A DNA stretch of 63,602 bases, filler included, from Candidatus Tectimicrobiota bacterium (GTDB lineage Bacteria; JACPSX01), in the NCBI GenBank assembly GCA_016193065.1. It is 8 parts of 8 records of this genome, joined end to end, with 100 filler letters (N's around TTAATTAATTAA, not from the genome) between each part and the next. Parts side by side here need not be neighbours in the genome. Positions count along the whole stretch, not along the records: positions 26,030 to 31,885 come from JACPSX010000137.1; positions 31,986 to 48,116 come from JACPSX010000138.1; 6 more parts are not named here. The stretch is one strand, 5' to 3'. Positions within the stretch are counted from its first letter, which is position 1; each line of letters begins with the position of its first letter. Of this stretch, positions 28,487 through 37,470 are shown piece after piece. The translations under genes were made by a program, and so were the position numbers. The notes under the pieces are model-generated. The model worked only from the letters and a program-made list of their open reading frames with translations. It made no database searches and was not told the origin of the DNA.

Positions 28487-30599
28487 CCTCCAGACTCAAA
28501 AGAGAGCCGCAGCCCGGGCACAGGTGCTGAACCGCTTCCAGGTCCTGGTGGAGCCGGATCAAGGGGCCAAGCTCCTGCGGAGAAATTCGGCGGGCCACCG
28601 CTCTCTCCTTCCAGTTCTTGTCCGGCCCGCCCAACGATACGCCGCAGCGGCAGGCCACTTCGCTCTTGCCGTCCCGGCGCACCAGACTCAGGCCCTCTCC
28701 CAGAGCGGAAATCACTGGTGCGGACGCGCCCGCCTGGTCTCCCGGATCCGGCTTCTTTCCCAAGCGCTCCTCCACTATGGCCCGGCGCAATGCCACCGTC
28801 TCTTCCTCCAAGACCCGGTATGATCCCTGCTCCAGGACCACGCCGTAAATCTGCCGGGCTACCTGCGCTGAAATCTTCCCCTCCGCCACGTCCATCGCCA
28901 CCTGAGCGGGATTTCGTCCCAGGGGATCCCCGACTCCGCCCCCTCCTTGCCAGGTAACCTCAAATACATCACCGGGGCGGAGAAGCACGGAGCCGGGCTT
29001 GGGTCCCAGTGTCTCCCGCTCCCCCTCCACATCGTGCACTCCGGTGGGCAGAATCCCCGCCCGGAAGCGTTCCAGGAGATTGGAGGAAGTGAGCAGGCTT
29101 TGGACGACGCAGGAGCCGGGATAGCCCCCGAAAAGACCCGCGGAGTTCGGCACCTCGACGCCGTGGGTCATGATCAGGGCGTGCAGATCAGGAACCCCAT
29201 GAACCGTGAGGGCAATGCCGGCGCTGCGTCCCCCCTGATGTTTTCCGGGTCCACCCGAATCCCGGGTAAAGCTGCGCCTCAAGTAGAGGATCGGGGCAAA
29301 ATTCTCGTTGGTCTCCACATTGGCGATGTTGGGCAAGGGACAGGAAAAAGATCCCCCGACGTCGAGCCCGTCTTGATCCAGGTAGGCTCCAAAGCCGCCG
29401 GCCAGGGGATCCAGCATGTGGTGGCCGAAGGGCTCTCCATACTGGTTCTTGCCGCCGAAGTTGAGCGTCGCCATGCAGCCGTCGGAGACGGCGATGGCCT
29501 CTTGCCGATAAGCGGGATGGCAGGAGACCAGCCGCGAGCACGCGGAGATGGCCACGTTCTTCACGCACCAGACCGCTTCCACGGTGGCTGCTCCCACCGG
29601 GGCGGGGAACTCCGCGTTGCAGATGCGCCCCTTGGGACACACCACTTCCAGGGGGCGCAGCACTCCTTCATTCCATAGGATGTCATAAGCCAGGATGGGG
29701 AAAACCCCGGAGGCAATTCCGCTGATCAGGCCGGCTTCCGTGCAGTTGATGAACCCGGGGGCCTGGGGGGAGCTGCCGCTGAAGTCGAAAATCAGCCTGT
29801 CCCCTTTCTTGATCATCTGGAGAGCGATGGTGTAGAGGCAGTTTTCGTGGCCGTCGTGCTCCAGGTAATCCCGGGCCCGGTAGACACCGTCGGGTAGCTC
29901 CCGCAAGCGCCGGCGCAGGCGCTCTTCCGATTCATCCAGGAGCTTCCCCATGACCCGCTGGACGACCTCGATCGTGTAGCGGTCAAACAGCGCCACGAGA
30001 CGCTCGGCTGCTACGTGGTTTGCGGCAATCATGGCCTTCAGATCGAGACCCAGCATGGCGGGAAGCCGCGAGGCGCCTAGAATCAAATCCCAGATATCCT
30101 GGCGCACCTCGCCGTCTTCCACGATCTTTACAGCGGGCACCCGCAACCCTTCCTGATAGACTTCCTTGGCCTTCGGGCACCAACTCGCAAAGTCCATGCC
30201 GCCCACGTCCACCTCGTGGGCCCCGGCCCCCGCCCAGGCCACGAGCTGCCCCCGGTAGAACACCGGCCCGACCACGGCCACGTCGTTTTGGTGGATCGCG
30301 CCGCGGTAGGGATCGTTGACAAGGAACATGTCGCCGGGCTTCACCCCAGGGTTTTGAGCCCGGCTGCTCAGGAGGTTCTTGATCATCAGCGACATGGCCC
30401 CGGCCTGGGAGATCACCTGGCGGCCCATGGTGGCCACGGTGCCGTCGGCCAGGTAGAGGCCGTTATTGTAGTCGGTGGCCTCCGTGACGACCGGTGACCC
30501 GGAAACGGCGCGCAAGGCGATGCGCTGTTCCTCGGTAATGGCCAGGAGCTTATTGCGCAGGACTTCGTAGATGATGGGATCGATGTTTTCGTCAATCAC
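28437..30599 (-). CDS. Hydantoinase B/oxoprolinase family protein fused to an acetone-carboxylase gamma-like Cys4 domain
   Basis: NDPYRGAIHQND, HEVDVGG, DSGGPG and GGGGVGDP; C-terminal CRCG..NWKE...CPGCG. Confidence 0.87.
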   Translation of the reverse strand: MIDENIDPIIYEVLRNKLLAITEEQRIALRAVSGSPVVTEATDYNNGLYLADGTVATMGRQVISQAGAMSLMIKNLLSSRAQNPGVKPGDMFLVNDPYRGAIHQNDVAVVGPVFYRGQLVAWAGAGAHEVDVGGMDFASWCPKAKEVYQEGLRVPAVKIVEDGEVRQDIWDLILGASRLPAMLGLDLKAMIAANHVAAERLVALFDRYTIEVVQRVMGKLLDESEERLRRRLRELPDGVYRARDYLEHDGHENCLYTIALQMIKKGDRLIFDFSGSSPQAPGFINCTEAGLISGIASGVFPILAYDILWNEGVLRPLEVVCPKGRICNAEFPAPVGAATVEAVWCVKNVAISACSRLVSCHPAYRQEAIAVSDGCMATLNFGGKNQYGEPFGHHMLDPLAGGFGAYLDQDGLDVGGSFSCPLPNIANVETNENFAPILYLRRSFTRDSGGPGKHQGGRSAGIALTVHGVPDLHALIMTHGVEVPNSAGLFGGYPGSCVVQSLLTSSNLLERFRAGILPTGVHDVEGERETLGPKPGSVLLRPGDVFEVTWQGGGGVGDPLGRNPAQVAMDVAEGKISAQVARQIYGVVLEQGSYRVLEEETVALRRAIVEERLGKKPDPGDQAGASAPVISALGEGLSLVRRDGKSEVACRCGVSLGGPDKNWKERAVARRISPQELGPLIRLHQDLEAVQHLCPGCGSLLSLEVKRLDETPLWEISLSF

Positions 30600-31885
30600 G
30601 GCCAGCTTCCCTTTCCAGGACGACGTTGAGCAGTGAATCCAGGCGGGCTTTCTGCTTTACGCCCACGACCACCGTCGTGCCAAAATATTCGATGACGGCC
30701 GGCCCCGCGACCTCGTTGCCGGCTTTCAGATCGGGGCCCGAGTACACGGGGGTCTCCAGAAAATCCCCGGCTTCCAAAAAATAAATGGGCCTTTTCCCCC
30801 GCCGGGCGCCGGAGGGATCCGGACCTTGCAGAGGGAACTCTCTCAAGCTCGGTTTGGGGAGATTGCCCACCGCTTCGACCCGCAGCGTGGTGATTTCAAG
30901 CCCTGCTTCCCGATACGCGGAACCACGCCCGTAGCGGCGCTGGTAGATTTCTTCAAAGCGCCGGCACAGGAGGTCCACCTGCTCCTCTGTGAGAGGCCCC
31001 GGCGGAGCCGGGACCACGACCTCGTGGGTCTGCCGCCGGTAGCGCATGTGGGCCGTGCGCAAGAAGGCCCACCTCTCCGGCCGGACGCCGCTGCGCTCCA
31101 GGGCCTTGGCCCCTTGCTTCTCCAGATCGGAGAAGATTTTCTCCAGGCGGGTGGCCTCCAGATGCTCCGAGGCCCGGGCAAAGAAGGGCGGAGTGCGCAG
31201 GATCTCGGAGCGCTCGAAGACATAGCGCAGGTCCGCGGCCGCGCAACCATAGGCCGAATAGGCAGTGGCCGCCGGGGGAATTACGGTGGAGCGCACCTCC
31301 AGCTCGGAAGCGTAGGTGGTGCAGTGGGCCGGACCTGCGCCGCCGAAGGCGAGCACGGTAAACTCTCTGGGGTCACACCCTTTTTCCACTAGAACCTGGC
31401 GGAGAAGGTCGGCCATTTGCTGGCCCACGATCGTGCGGATCCCGGCCGCCGCCCGGGAGACGGGAATTCCCAGAGGATCGGCGACTTTTTCCCGGATCAC
31501 CTTTTCGGCGGCCGCCGCGTCCAGGCGCAAGCGCCCGCCCAGGAAGTTCTGCGGGTTCAGGATTCCCAGCACCACATCCGCGTCGGTCACGGTGGGCTCC
31601 TGCCCCCCGCGCCCGTAGCAGGCCGGCCCCGGATCGGCGCCGGCACTGTTCGGGCCCACCTTGAGAACCCCGTCCACCACGGTGGCCAGGCTTCCTCCTC
31701 CGGCTCCGATGGAGCGCAGATCGATCTGGGGAATCAGGAGGTGAAATTTGCCAGCCACGGTTTCCAGCGTCTTCACCGCTTCGCCATCGCAGATCAGCCC
31801 CACGTCAAAGCTCGTCCCCCCCATATCGGTAGTGACCAGGTTGGAGAGTCCCAGGGCTTCTCCCAGGTAGAGGGCGGCTCCCACC
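30592..31885 (-). CDS. Hydantoinase A/oxoprolinase family protein (5' truncated)
   Basis: DMGGTSFDV, SIGAGGGS, GPNSAGADPGPACYG and FGGAGP. Confidence 0.92.
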
Positions 31886-31985
31886 NNNNNNNNNNNNNNN
31901 NNNNNNNNNNNNNNNNNNNNNNNNNNNNNTTAATTAATTAANNNNNNNNNNNNNNNNNNNNNNNNNNNNNNNNNNNNNNNNNNNN
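31886..31985. other. Artificial contig linker
   Basis: N/TTAATTAATTAA/N. Confidence 0.99.
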
Positions 31986-32014
31986 CTCGAAGGATTGAAG
32001 GGAGGTGAACCCAA

Positions 32015-32104
32015 ATGAAGAAGCTGTACGTGGCCATTTTCCTGGCAGCGATGAGCGTGGCAGTTTACGTTCTTCCAGTCATGGCGGACGGGGGCGGCGG
32101 TTAA
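32015..32104 (+). CDS. Small secreted-peptide precursor MKKLYVAIFLAAMSVAVYVLPVMA-DGGGG (29 aa; below the ORF-track cutoff)
   Basis: Very strong SD GGAGGTGA 6 nt before ATG; n-region KK, hydrophobic h-region, P-V-M-A cleavage-type site, 5-residue tail; own terminator. Confidence 0.75.
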   Translation: MKKLYVAIFLAAMSVAVYVLPVMADGGGG

Positions 32105-32127
32105 TTCCTCCCCACACCAAAGGATCC

Positions 32128-32168
32128 AGTAAAGAACCCCAACCGGCTGGTTGGGGTTCTTTACTTTT
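32128..32168 (+). terminator. Intrinsic terminator after the peptide gene
   Basis: 17-bp perfect stem AGTAAAGAACCCCAACC / GGTTGGGGTTCTTTACT, 4-nt loop, then T run. Confidence 0.85.
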
Positions 32169-32193
32169 CCCCAAGCTCAATAAAATCCAGTCC

Positions 32194-32222
32194 TTGACCC
32201 ACGGGAGGTAGTGTGGCAAGAT
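32194..32222 (+). promoter_or_regulatory. Putative sigma70 promoter for SBP-kinase
   Basis: TTGACC-17-CAAGAT with TG extension. Confidence 0.4.
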
Positions 32223-32258
32223 CCCTGAAAAAACGGATCGCCCCTGAAGGGAACCTCC

Positions 32259-33917
32259 GTGCGCCGATTGGTAAACTCCCTTTTCTTCCTGGGCCTTCTT
32301 GCCCTCCTGTTGCTTCCCGCATGCAGCGAGGACAAAAAGACAGCGGGGGAAAATCTCTCGGTCTCCAAGCCCAGGCCGGGAGGCACCTTCCGTCGCCCTT
32401 TGCGCAACGATCCCTCGACGCTGGACCCTGCTCACATTACGGATGTCTACGGATCCACTGTCGCTCAGCAGCTCCACGAGGGGTTGATCCAGTTCGACCA
32501 GAACCTCAACGTGGTGCCGGCTATTGCCCGTTCCTGGACAGCATCTCGGGACGGGCTCACATGGACCTTTGGCCTGAGACCCGGGGTGCGCTTCCATCAC
32601 GGGCGAGAAGTCATCGCGGAGGACTTTGTCTACTCCTTCCGCCGCATCCTAAGCCCCCGGACGAAGTCTGAGCTGACCTGGCTCTTTGATCGCATCGCGG
32701 GAGCCCCGGAATACATGACTGGTAAGGCCAGCCAAGTCAAAGGACTCGAAGCCCTCGACCGATATACCTTGCGGATTCGACTTTCGGAACCCTTTGCCCC
32801 GTTCATCACCCTCCTGGGGATGGCCCAAGCAAAGGTCGTCCCCCGGGAACTTGTGGAGGGCAAGGAATCGTTTTTCGCCAGCCATCCCGTGGGGGCGGGT
32901 CCGTTTCAATTTGCCGGTTGGGAGCGGGGGAAAACGATCCTCTTGGAGGCCAACGAGAACTACTACGAGGGGAGACCCTATCTTGACCGCATTGAATTCC
33001 GGATCTATGCGGGTCTGCAAGACGAAAGGATCCTGGCTGATTTTGAGGCGGGGCAACTGGATGCCGGCTACATCCCCGGGGAAATCGCCCCCCAAAAACT
33101 CCAAGAGATCCTGAACACGAAGAGATACCAGCACCTCCGCAAGCCGATCCTGAGTCTCCTCTTCTGGGGAATGAATACGACCAGACCCCCCTTCAACGAC
33201 CTCAGGGTCAGGCAGGCGCTGAATTTCGCTATCAACGTCAAAGCCATTAATGACTATGCCCGAAATGGCCGTTTCGTTCCCGCCCGTGGAATCCTCCCTC
33301 CCGGAATGCCAGGATTCGATCCGGAACTGCGAGTCTACGAGCATGACCTGGAAAAGGCCCGATCCTTGCTGGCCAGCGTGGGCGCCACAGCCCGAGCTGC
33401 ACTGCCAGAGATTGAGCTCTGGTCAAACGACAACTCACTGGCGGCCCGGAGGGAGTATGAGGTCCTGCTAAAAAATCTCGAGGACTTAAAGATCAAGGGG
33501 AAGATCAAACTGGTGCCTGACTGGCCCACCTATGAGGCCGCCCTGAAACGTGGCGATCCCCTGATCTACCGTTACGCCTGGTATGCCGACTATCCCGATC
33601 CCGACAACTTCCTCTACGTTCTCTTGACGCCAAGCAGCAAGTACAATTTCTCGCGCTACAGGAACGGCAAAATCACCGGCCTGCTCAGTACGGCCCGCCG
33701 GGAAACCGATTACCTGAAGCGGGTTTCCCTCTACCGCCAGGCGGAAAGGCAAATCATGGCAGATGCCCCCTGGGTCCCCATCTTTCATCACACCTTCGAG
33801 TATCTCCTCCATTCCTCCGTGAGGGGAATTGAGATCAATGCCCTGGGTGAGCGGTTCATTCCGATGAAGAAGGTCTGGTTTGCGCCGGGGAATCGAGAAG
33901 CTCGTCCCGGGAGCTGA
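32259..33917 (+). CDS. Family 5 (OppA/DppA-like) substrate-binding lipoprotein with no adjacent permease or ATPase
   Basis: Lipobox LPAC; DPSTLDP, WTF.LRPGVRFHHG, PVGAGPF, VRQALNFAIN and WYADYPDPDNF. Confidence 0.92.
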   Translation: MRRLVNSLFFLGLLALLLLPACSEDKKTAGENLSVSKPRPGGTFRRPLRNDPSTLDPAHITDVYGSTVAQQLHEGLIQFDQNLNVVPAIARSWTASRDGLTWTFGLRPGVRFHHGREVIAEDFVYSFRRILSPRTKSELTWLFDRIAGAPEYMTGKASQVKGLEALDRYTLRIRLSEPFAPFITLLGMAQAKVVPRELVEGKESFFASHPVGAGPFQFAGWERGKTILLEANENYYEGRPYLDRIEFRIYAGLQDERILADFEAGQLDAGYIPGEIAPQKLQEILNTKRYQHLRKPILSLLFWGMNTTRPPFNDLRVRQALNFAINVKAINDYARNGRFVPARGILPPGMPGFDPELRVYEHDLEKARSLLASVGATARAALPEIELWSNDNSLAARREYEVLLKNLEDLKIKGKIKLVPDWPTYEAALKRGDPLIYRYAWYADYPDPDNFLYVLLTPSSKYNFSRYRNGKITGLLSTARRETDYLKRVSLYRQAERQIMADAPWVPIFHHTFEYLLHSSVRGIEINALGERFIPMKKVWFAPGNREARPGS

Positions 33918-33940
33918 CCCGGGGAAAGAGGAGGCGCCCA

Positions 33941-35827
33941 CTGCAATTTCGGTTTCGGGATCTCTCAATCCACACCAAGCTGGTGGTGGCGGTCTGTCTC
34001 CTGGTGGTTTTGCTGATCAGCGGGATAGCCGTCATTGTAGAACGGGGCGAGCGCCGCGCGCTCATTGACCAGGTGCGCAAGCGGGCTGTGGCCACGGCCA
34101 GCAATGTGGCCGCCGTGAGCACCAGCGCCCTGCTCACCTATAACTACGTGACCCTGGAACAAAACGCCGCCAGAGTGGCCCGGGAGGAAGACGTTCTCTA
34201 TGTCATCATCCTGGACAGGGAAGGGAAGGTGGCCGCCCACAGCTCGCGGAGTGAATTGCAGGGAACCGTAATGGCAGATCCCGTAAGCCGCAGGGCCGGG
34301 GCCAGCCGAGAAATCCTGGTGCAGGCAGCGACCTTTTCTGGGACGGCTGATCCTCTCTACGATGTTGCCGTTCCCGTCTACATTAAAGAATCCCCTGAGA
34401 AATGGGGGACGGTTCGCGTGGGGATATCCTTGGGGCCCATGCGCAGGGCCATTGCCCGAAGCCGCCAGGGCATCGCTTTGATGGGCTTGGTGGCCATCGC
34501 CCTGGGGGGGGCCGGCGCCCTCTTGCTGGCTCGCCGAATCACCTCCCCGATTGCCCGGCTCGTGCACGGGGCGGTCGAGGTGGGAAAAGGAAACCTGGAC
34601 CAGCAAATCCCTCTCTCTACCGGGGATGAGATCGGAACGCTGGCAAGAACCTTCAACGAAATGACAAACAACCTGCGCACCAGCCGTCTGTCCGTGGAGT
34701 CGGCGCACCGGGAGTTGAAGTCACAATACAAGGAGATTTCTTTTCTCAAGGACTACAACGACAATGTCTTAAAAAGCATGACCAGCGGCGTCCTTACGCT
34801 GGACCTGGGGGGGCGGATTGTCACAGTGAACCAGGCCGCTGTGCAGATCACGGGACTGGCCGCAGAGGATATGGTGGGAAAGCCGTGCGAACCCCTTTTT
34901 CCGGGAAGCCCCGAACTGCCGGAGGCCCTCCTGGACGTCCTCAGAAAAGAGCGCAGAACACCTCAGGTCATCCATCTGAGATATCCGCGCCCGGACGGCA
35001 AGACCCTGTTCCTGGAGATGACTACGGTGGGACTGCAGGAGGAGACCGGAAAGCTAATCGGGGCTCTCGGGGTCATCCGCGATCTTACCCACGAGCGCGA
35101 ACTGGAGGAACAATTGCGGCGCGCCGACCGCCTAGCGGCCCTCGGCACGATGGCAGCAGGGATCGCCCACGAAATAAAAAACCCCCTAACCTCCCTAAAG
35201 ACCTTCGCGCAGCTTTTTCCCAAGAGGTCCGGCGACCCTGGATTTCAGAAAAAATTTACGGAAATTGTCCCCCACGAACTCGAGCGCATTCATCTCCTCG
35301 CCGAGGATCTCATGGAGCTGGCCCGCCCCACTCAGATGCATCTTCGGCCCGCCGATGTCCACAGCCTGATCGACCGGGTCTTGAAGACCCACGAGGACAT
35401 GATGAAGGGGCAGGGGATCGAGTTCCGCTTCCACCCCGAACCCACGTCCCATCCTCAGCCCCTCGTCGACCCGGAGTACCTCTACCGCGCCTTGACCAAC
35501 CTGGTCCTCAACGCAATCCAGGCCATGCCTGCCGGAGGGCTCCTTGAGATCCGAACCGGGGTCGAGGCTTTCACAAACGGGGATCGAGAAGATCCCCACT
35601 TCGTCCTCCACGTTCGGGACACCGGGACCGGGATCCCCGGGGACAAATTGGGAGATCTATTCACCCCCTTCTTCACCACAAAAGCAAAGGGGACCGGTTT
35701 GGGGCTGGCCATTACCCACAAGATCGTGGAAGGCCACGGGGGGCAGATCCGGGTCGAATCCAGGATGGGCATGGGCACCCAGTTTTCCGTGTCTCTTCCG
35801 CTGAGAGGAATCTCCCGCCGCATCTAG
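33941..35827 (+). CDS. Membrane sensor histidine kinase (TM-Cache-like-TM-HAMP-PAS-HisKA-HATPase); probable CTG start
   Basis: AGIAHEIKNPL H-box, NLVLNA, DTGTGI, PFFTTK..GTGLGL; SD GAGGAGG 6 nt before the in-frame CTG. Confidence 0.93.
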   Translation: MQFRFRDLSIHTKLVVAVCLLVVLLISGIAVIVERGERRALIDQVRKRAVATASNVAAVSTSALLTYNYVTLEQNAARVAREEDVLYVIILDREGKVAAHSSRSELQGTVMADPVSRRAGASREILVQAATFSGTADPLYDVAVPVYIKESPEKWGTVRVGISLGPMRRAIARSRQGIALMGLVAIALGGAGALLLARRITSPIARLVHGAVEVGKGNLDQQIPLSTGDEIGTLARTFNEMTNNLRTSRLSVESAHRELKSQYKEISFLKDYNDNVLKSMTSGVLTLDLGGRIVTVNQAAVQITGLAAEDMVGKPCEPLFPGSPELPEALLDVLRKERRTPQVIHLRYPRPDGKTLFLEMTTVGLQEETGKLIGALGVIRDLTHERELEEQLRRADRLAALGTMAAGIAHEIKNPLTSLKTFAQLFPKRSGDPGFQKKFTEIVPHELERIHLLAEDLMELARPTQMHLRPADVHSLIDRVLKTHEDMMKGQGIEFRFHPEPTSHPQPLVDPEYLYRALTNLVLNAIQAMPAGGLLEIRTGVEAFTNGDREDPHFVLHVRDTGTGIPGDKLGDLFTPFFTTKAKGTGLGLAITHKIVEGHGGQIRVESRMGMGTQFSVSLPLRGISRRI

Positions 35828-35862
35828 GAACTTCTTGAGCCCTTTGTGAACTCCTGACCGAC

Positions 35863-35880
35863 TGCACAAAAAATTGTGCA
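35863..35880. promoter_or_regulatory. Putative enhancer (bEBP/NtrC-like binding palindrome)
   Basis: TGCACAA-AAAA-TTGTGCA, about 170 bp upstream of a sigma54 motif. Confidence 0.6.
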
Positions 35881-35974
35881 CTTTGCACAGTTTCACAACA
35901 TGAGCGGAGCAGGAACTCCACGGGTTCTTTCCCCATCGCTCATCTACCTTTCACTATCTCTACAACAATTTATA

Positions 35975-35987
35975 TATCAACTATTTC
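35975..35987 (+). promoter_or_regulatory. Putative IHF site
   Basis: TATCAACTATTTC (one mismatch to WATCAANNNNTTR) with upstream AT tract, between enhancer and promoter. Confidence 0.5.
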
Positions 35988-36042
35988 TAGCCAACTTCTG
36001 GTCCTCTCCCAGATGATCGTTTTTCTCCCAACTGGGGATAGC

Positions 36043-36058
36043 AGGTACGGTTCTTGCT
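36043..36058 (+). promoter_or_regulatory. Sigma54 (-24/-12) promoter
   Basis: AGGTACGGTTCTTGCT: GG-N10-GC with TTGCT, close to TGGCAC-N5-TTGCW. Confidence 0.68.
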
Positions 36059-36090
36059 AACTGTCAATTCGGAGAGGGGGAGGGAGAGAT

Positions 36091-36339
36091 ATGAAAACTG
36101 TCCGACATAATGGGGAAAAACTTTCTCCAAAATATACAATCCAGGGGTCCTTCTTCGTCCTGAAAGTCTACCAGCGGCCTGGACGAAAGGGAGATGTCGT
36201 TCATGTGGTTGAGACCACATTTCAGACGGGCGACCGGATCATCAGCGACGGGATGACGGCGGAGGAGGCAATCGGGCGAATGTACAGCGCCCTGCCCCTC
36301 GCCATTGAATCAAGGGAATTGGGTGAACGGATTCGATAA
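36091..36339 (+). CDS. Hypothetical 82-aa protein
   Basis: Purine-rich SD; protein-like composition; directly downstream of the sigma54 motif. Confidence 0.65.
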   Translation: MKTVRHNGEKLSPKYTIQGSFFVLKVYQRPGRKGDVVHVVETTFQTGDRIISDGMTAEEAIGRMYSALPLAIESRELGERIR

Positions 36340-36477
36340 GAATCCCTATCGTCTTCCCTCCGGCCCCGGGGCTACGAGTCGACCTTCCGACTTACCCCCC
36401 AATGAGCTCTGGGGCCGGCCCTCCCTTTTTGTTGGATGGAGATGAACCTGGGGAAGAACCGGAGGAGAGAATTTCCC

Positions 36478-37035
36478 ATGAAACGCTTCTCTATTCCCAG
36501 GATTGTTTCCGCCGCCGGTCTATTTATTCTTTGGATTATCAGCCCGGAGATCCTCTGGTCTCAGGAAGCTAGAGGCCAAATTCTGCAAGGCCAACTCAAC
36601 ATCAATCAAGCATCGGAAATGGACTTCCTGCGACTCCCGGGAGTCGGAGAGGTAACAGCCCGCCGGATCGTGTCCTACCGTCAACGGGTCGGAGGATTCA
36701 AGTCAATTTTCGAGCTAAGACAGGTGAAAGGGGTGAGCAGCTCTTTGATCCAGCGCATTTCCCCTTACCTGACTCTGGCTGGAGACTCCACCCTCAAGCG
36801 CCTAGTGGACCTGAATCAAGCCCCGGTCACGACCCTTTCCACCTTGCCCAATATCTCTCCGAAAAAAGCCCGGACCATTGCTTCCTGGCGAAAGGTAAAC
36901 GGTGGGTTTCACAGGGTCGAAGACCTCCTCCTCGTCGGAGTCCTCTCCCCATCCGAGTTTGAGGAGTTGCGGGATTGGGTTCTCGTGGGCCCCATCCCTC
37001 TCCCCCGAACTCCGAGCCCCACAGCCAAGCCCTGA
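36478..37035 (+). CDS. ComEA-like secreted helix-hairpin-helix DNA-binding protein (two HhH modules)
   Basis: Signal peptide; LNINQAS..LPGVGEVTARRIVSYR..GGFKS..EL..VKGV and a second DLNQA..LPNIS module. Confidence 0.88.
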   Translation: MKRFSIPRIVSAAGLFILWIISPEILWSQEARGQILQGQLNINQASEMDFLRLPGVGEVTARRIVSYRQRVGGFKSIFELRQVKGVSSSLIQRISPYLTLAGDSTLKRLVDLNQAPVTTLSTLPNISPKKARTIASWRKVNGGFHRVEDLLLVGVLSPSEFEELRDWVLVGPIPLPRTPSPTAKP

Positions 37036-37107
37036 AGCCTACCCCCAGTCCGCACACTCCCCTCCGAGGGGGTAGCCCCCGCAGGCGACCTCACAGCGTT
37101 GCAGGAA

Positions 37108-37256
37108 GAGACCGGGTGTGCCCCGAAAGGGCGACTTAAAGTTTTGCAGGCGCCGCACCCTGAAGACTTGAACCTCCCCGCATTCGAAGCGCGACCGACC
37201 TGAAATCGTCCTCCCGCGCAAAAGTTTACCGGAGCCCCAAGGGGCACCCCGGTCTC
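37108..37256. repeat. 149-bp element bounded by long imperfect inverted repeats
   Basis: GAGACCGGGTGTGCCCC...TAAAGTTTTGC pairs with GCAAAAGTTTA...GGGGCACCCCGGTCTC. Confidence 0.6.
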
Positions 37257-37295
37257 CCATCTCATTATCTCTCCTGTCGCAAGCGCTTCGTGAGC

Positions 37296-37314
37296 CGGGT
37301 ACCCATCCTGGGTG
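37296..37314. repeat. GGGTACCC palindromic element variant
   Basis: CGGGTACCCATCCTGGGTG. Confidence 0.7.
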
Positions 37315-37470
37315 TGGGCACCCCGAGGAGTGAATGAGGGAGGGTAACAATTCCTCGATGATGAACCGGGAGTGGGCAAGGCGCAGCGGCCTCCTTGCTG
37401 ACACCCCCTCCATATGCTAAGATCCCGCTCGTCTGCCGACACCTTCCTCATTGAAGGGCCAAGGAGAAAC

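Noticed and set aside
32005-32211. 68-aa ORF-track ORF overlapping the peptide gene
   Set aside because: Its GTG start lies within the SD of the 29-aa ORF, it runs through the terminator, and it has no protein-like features
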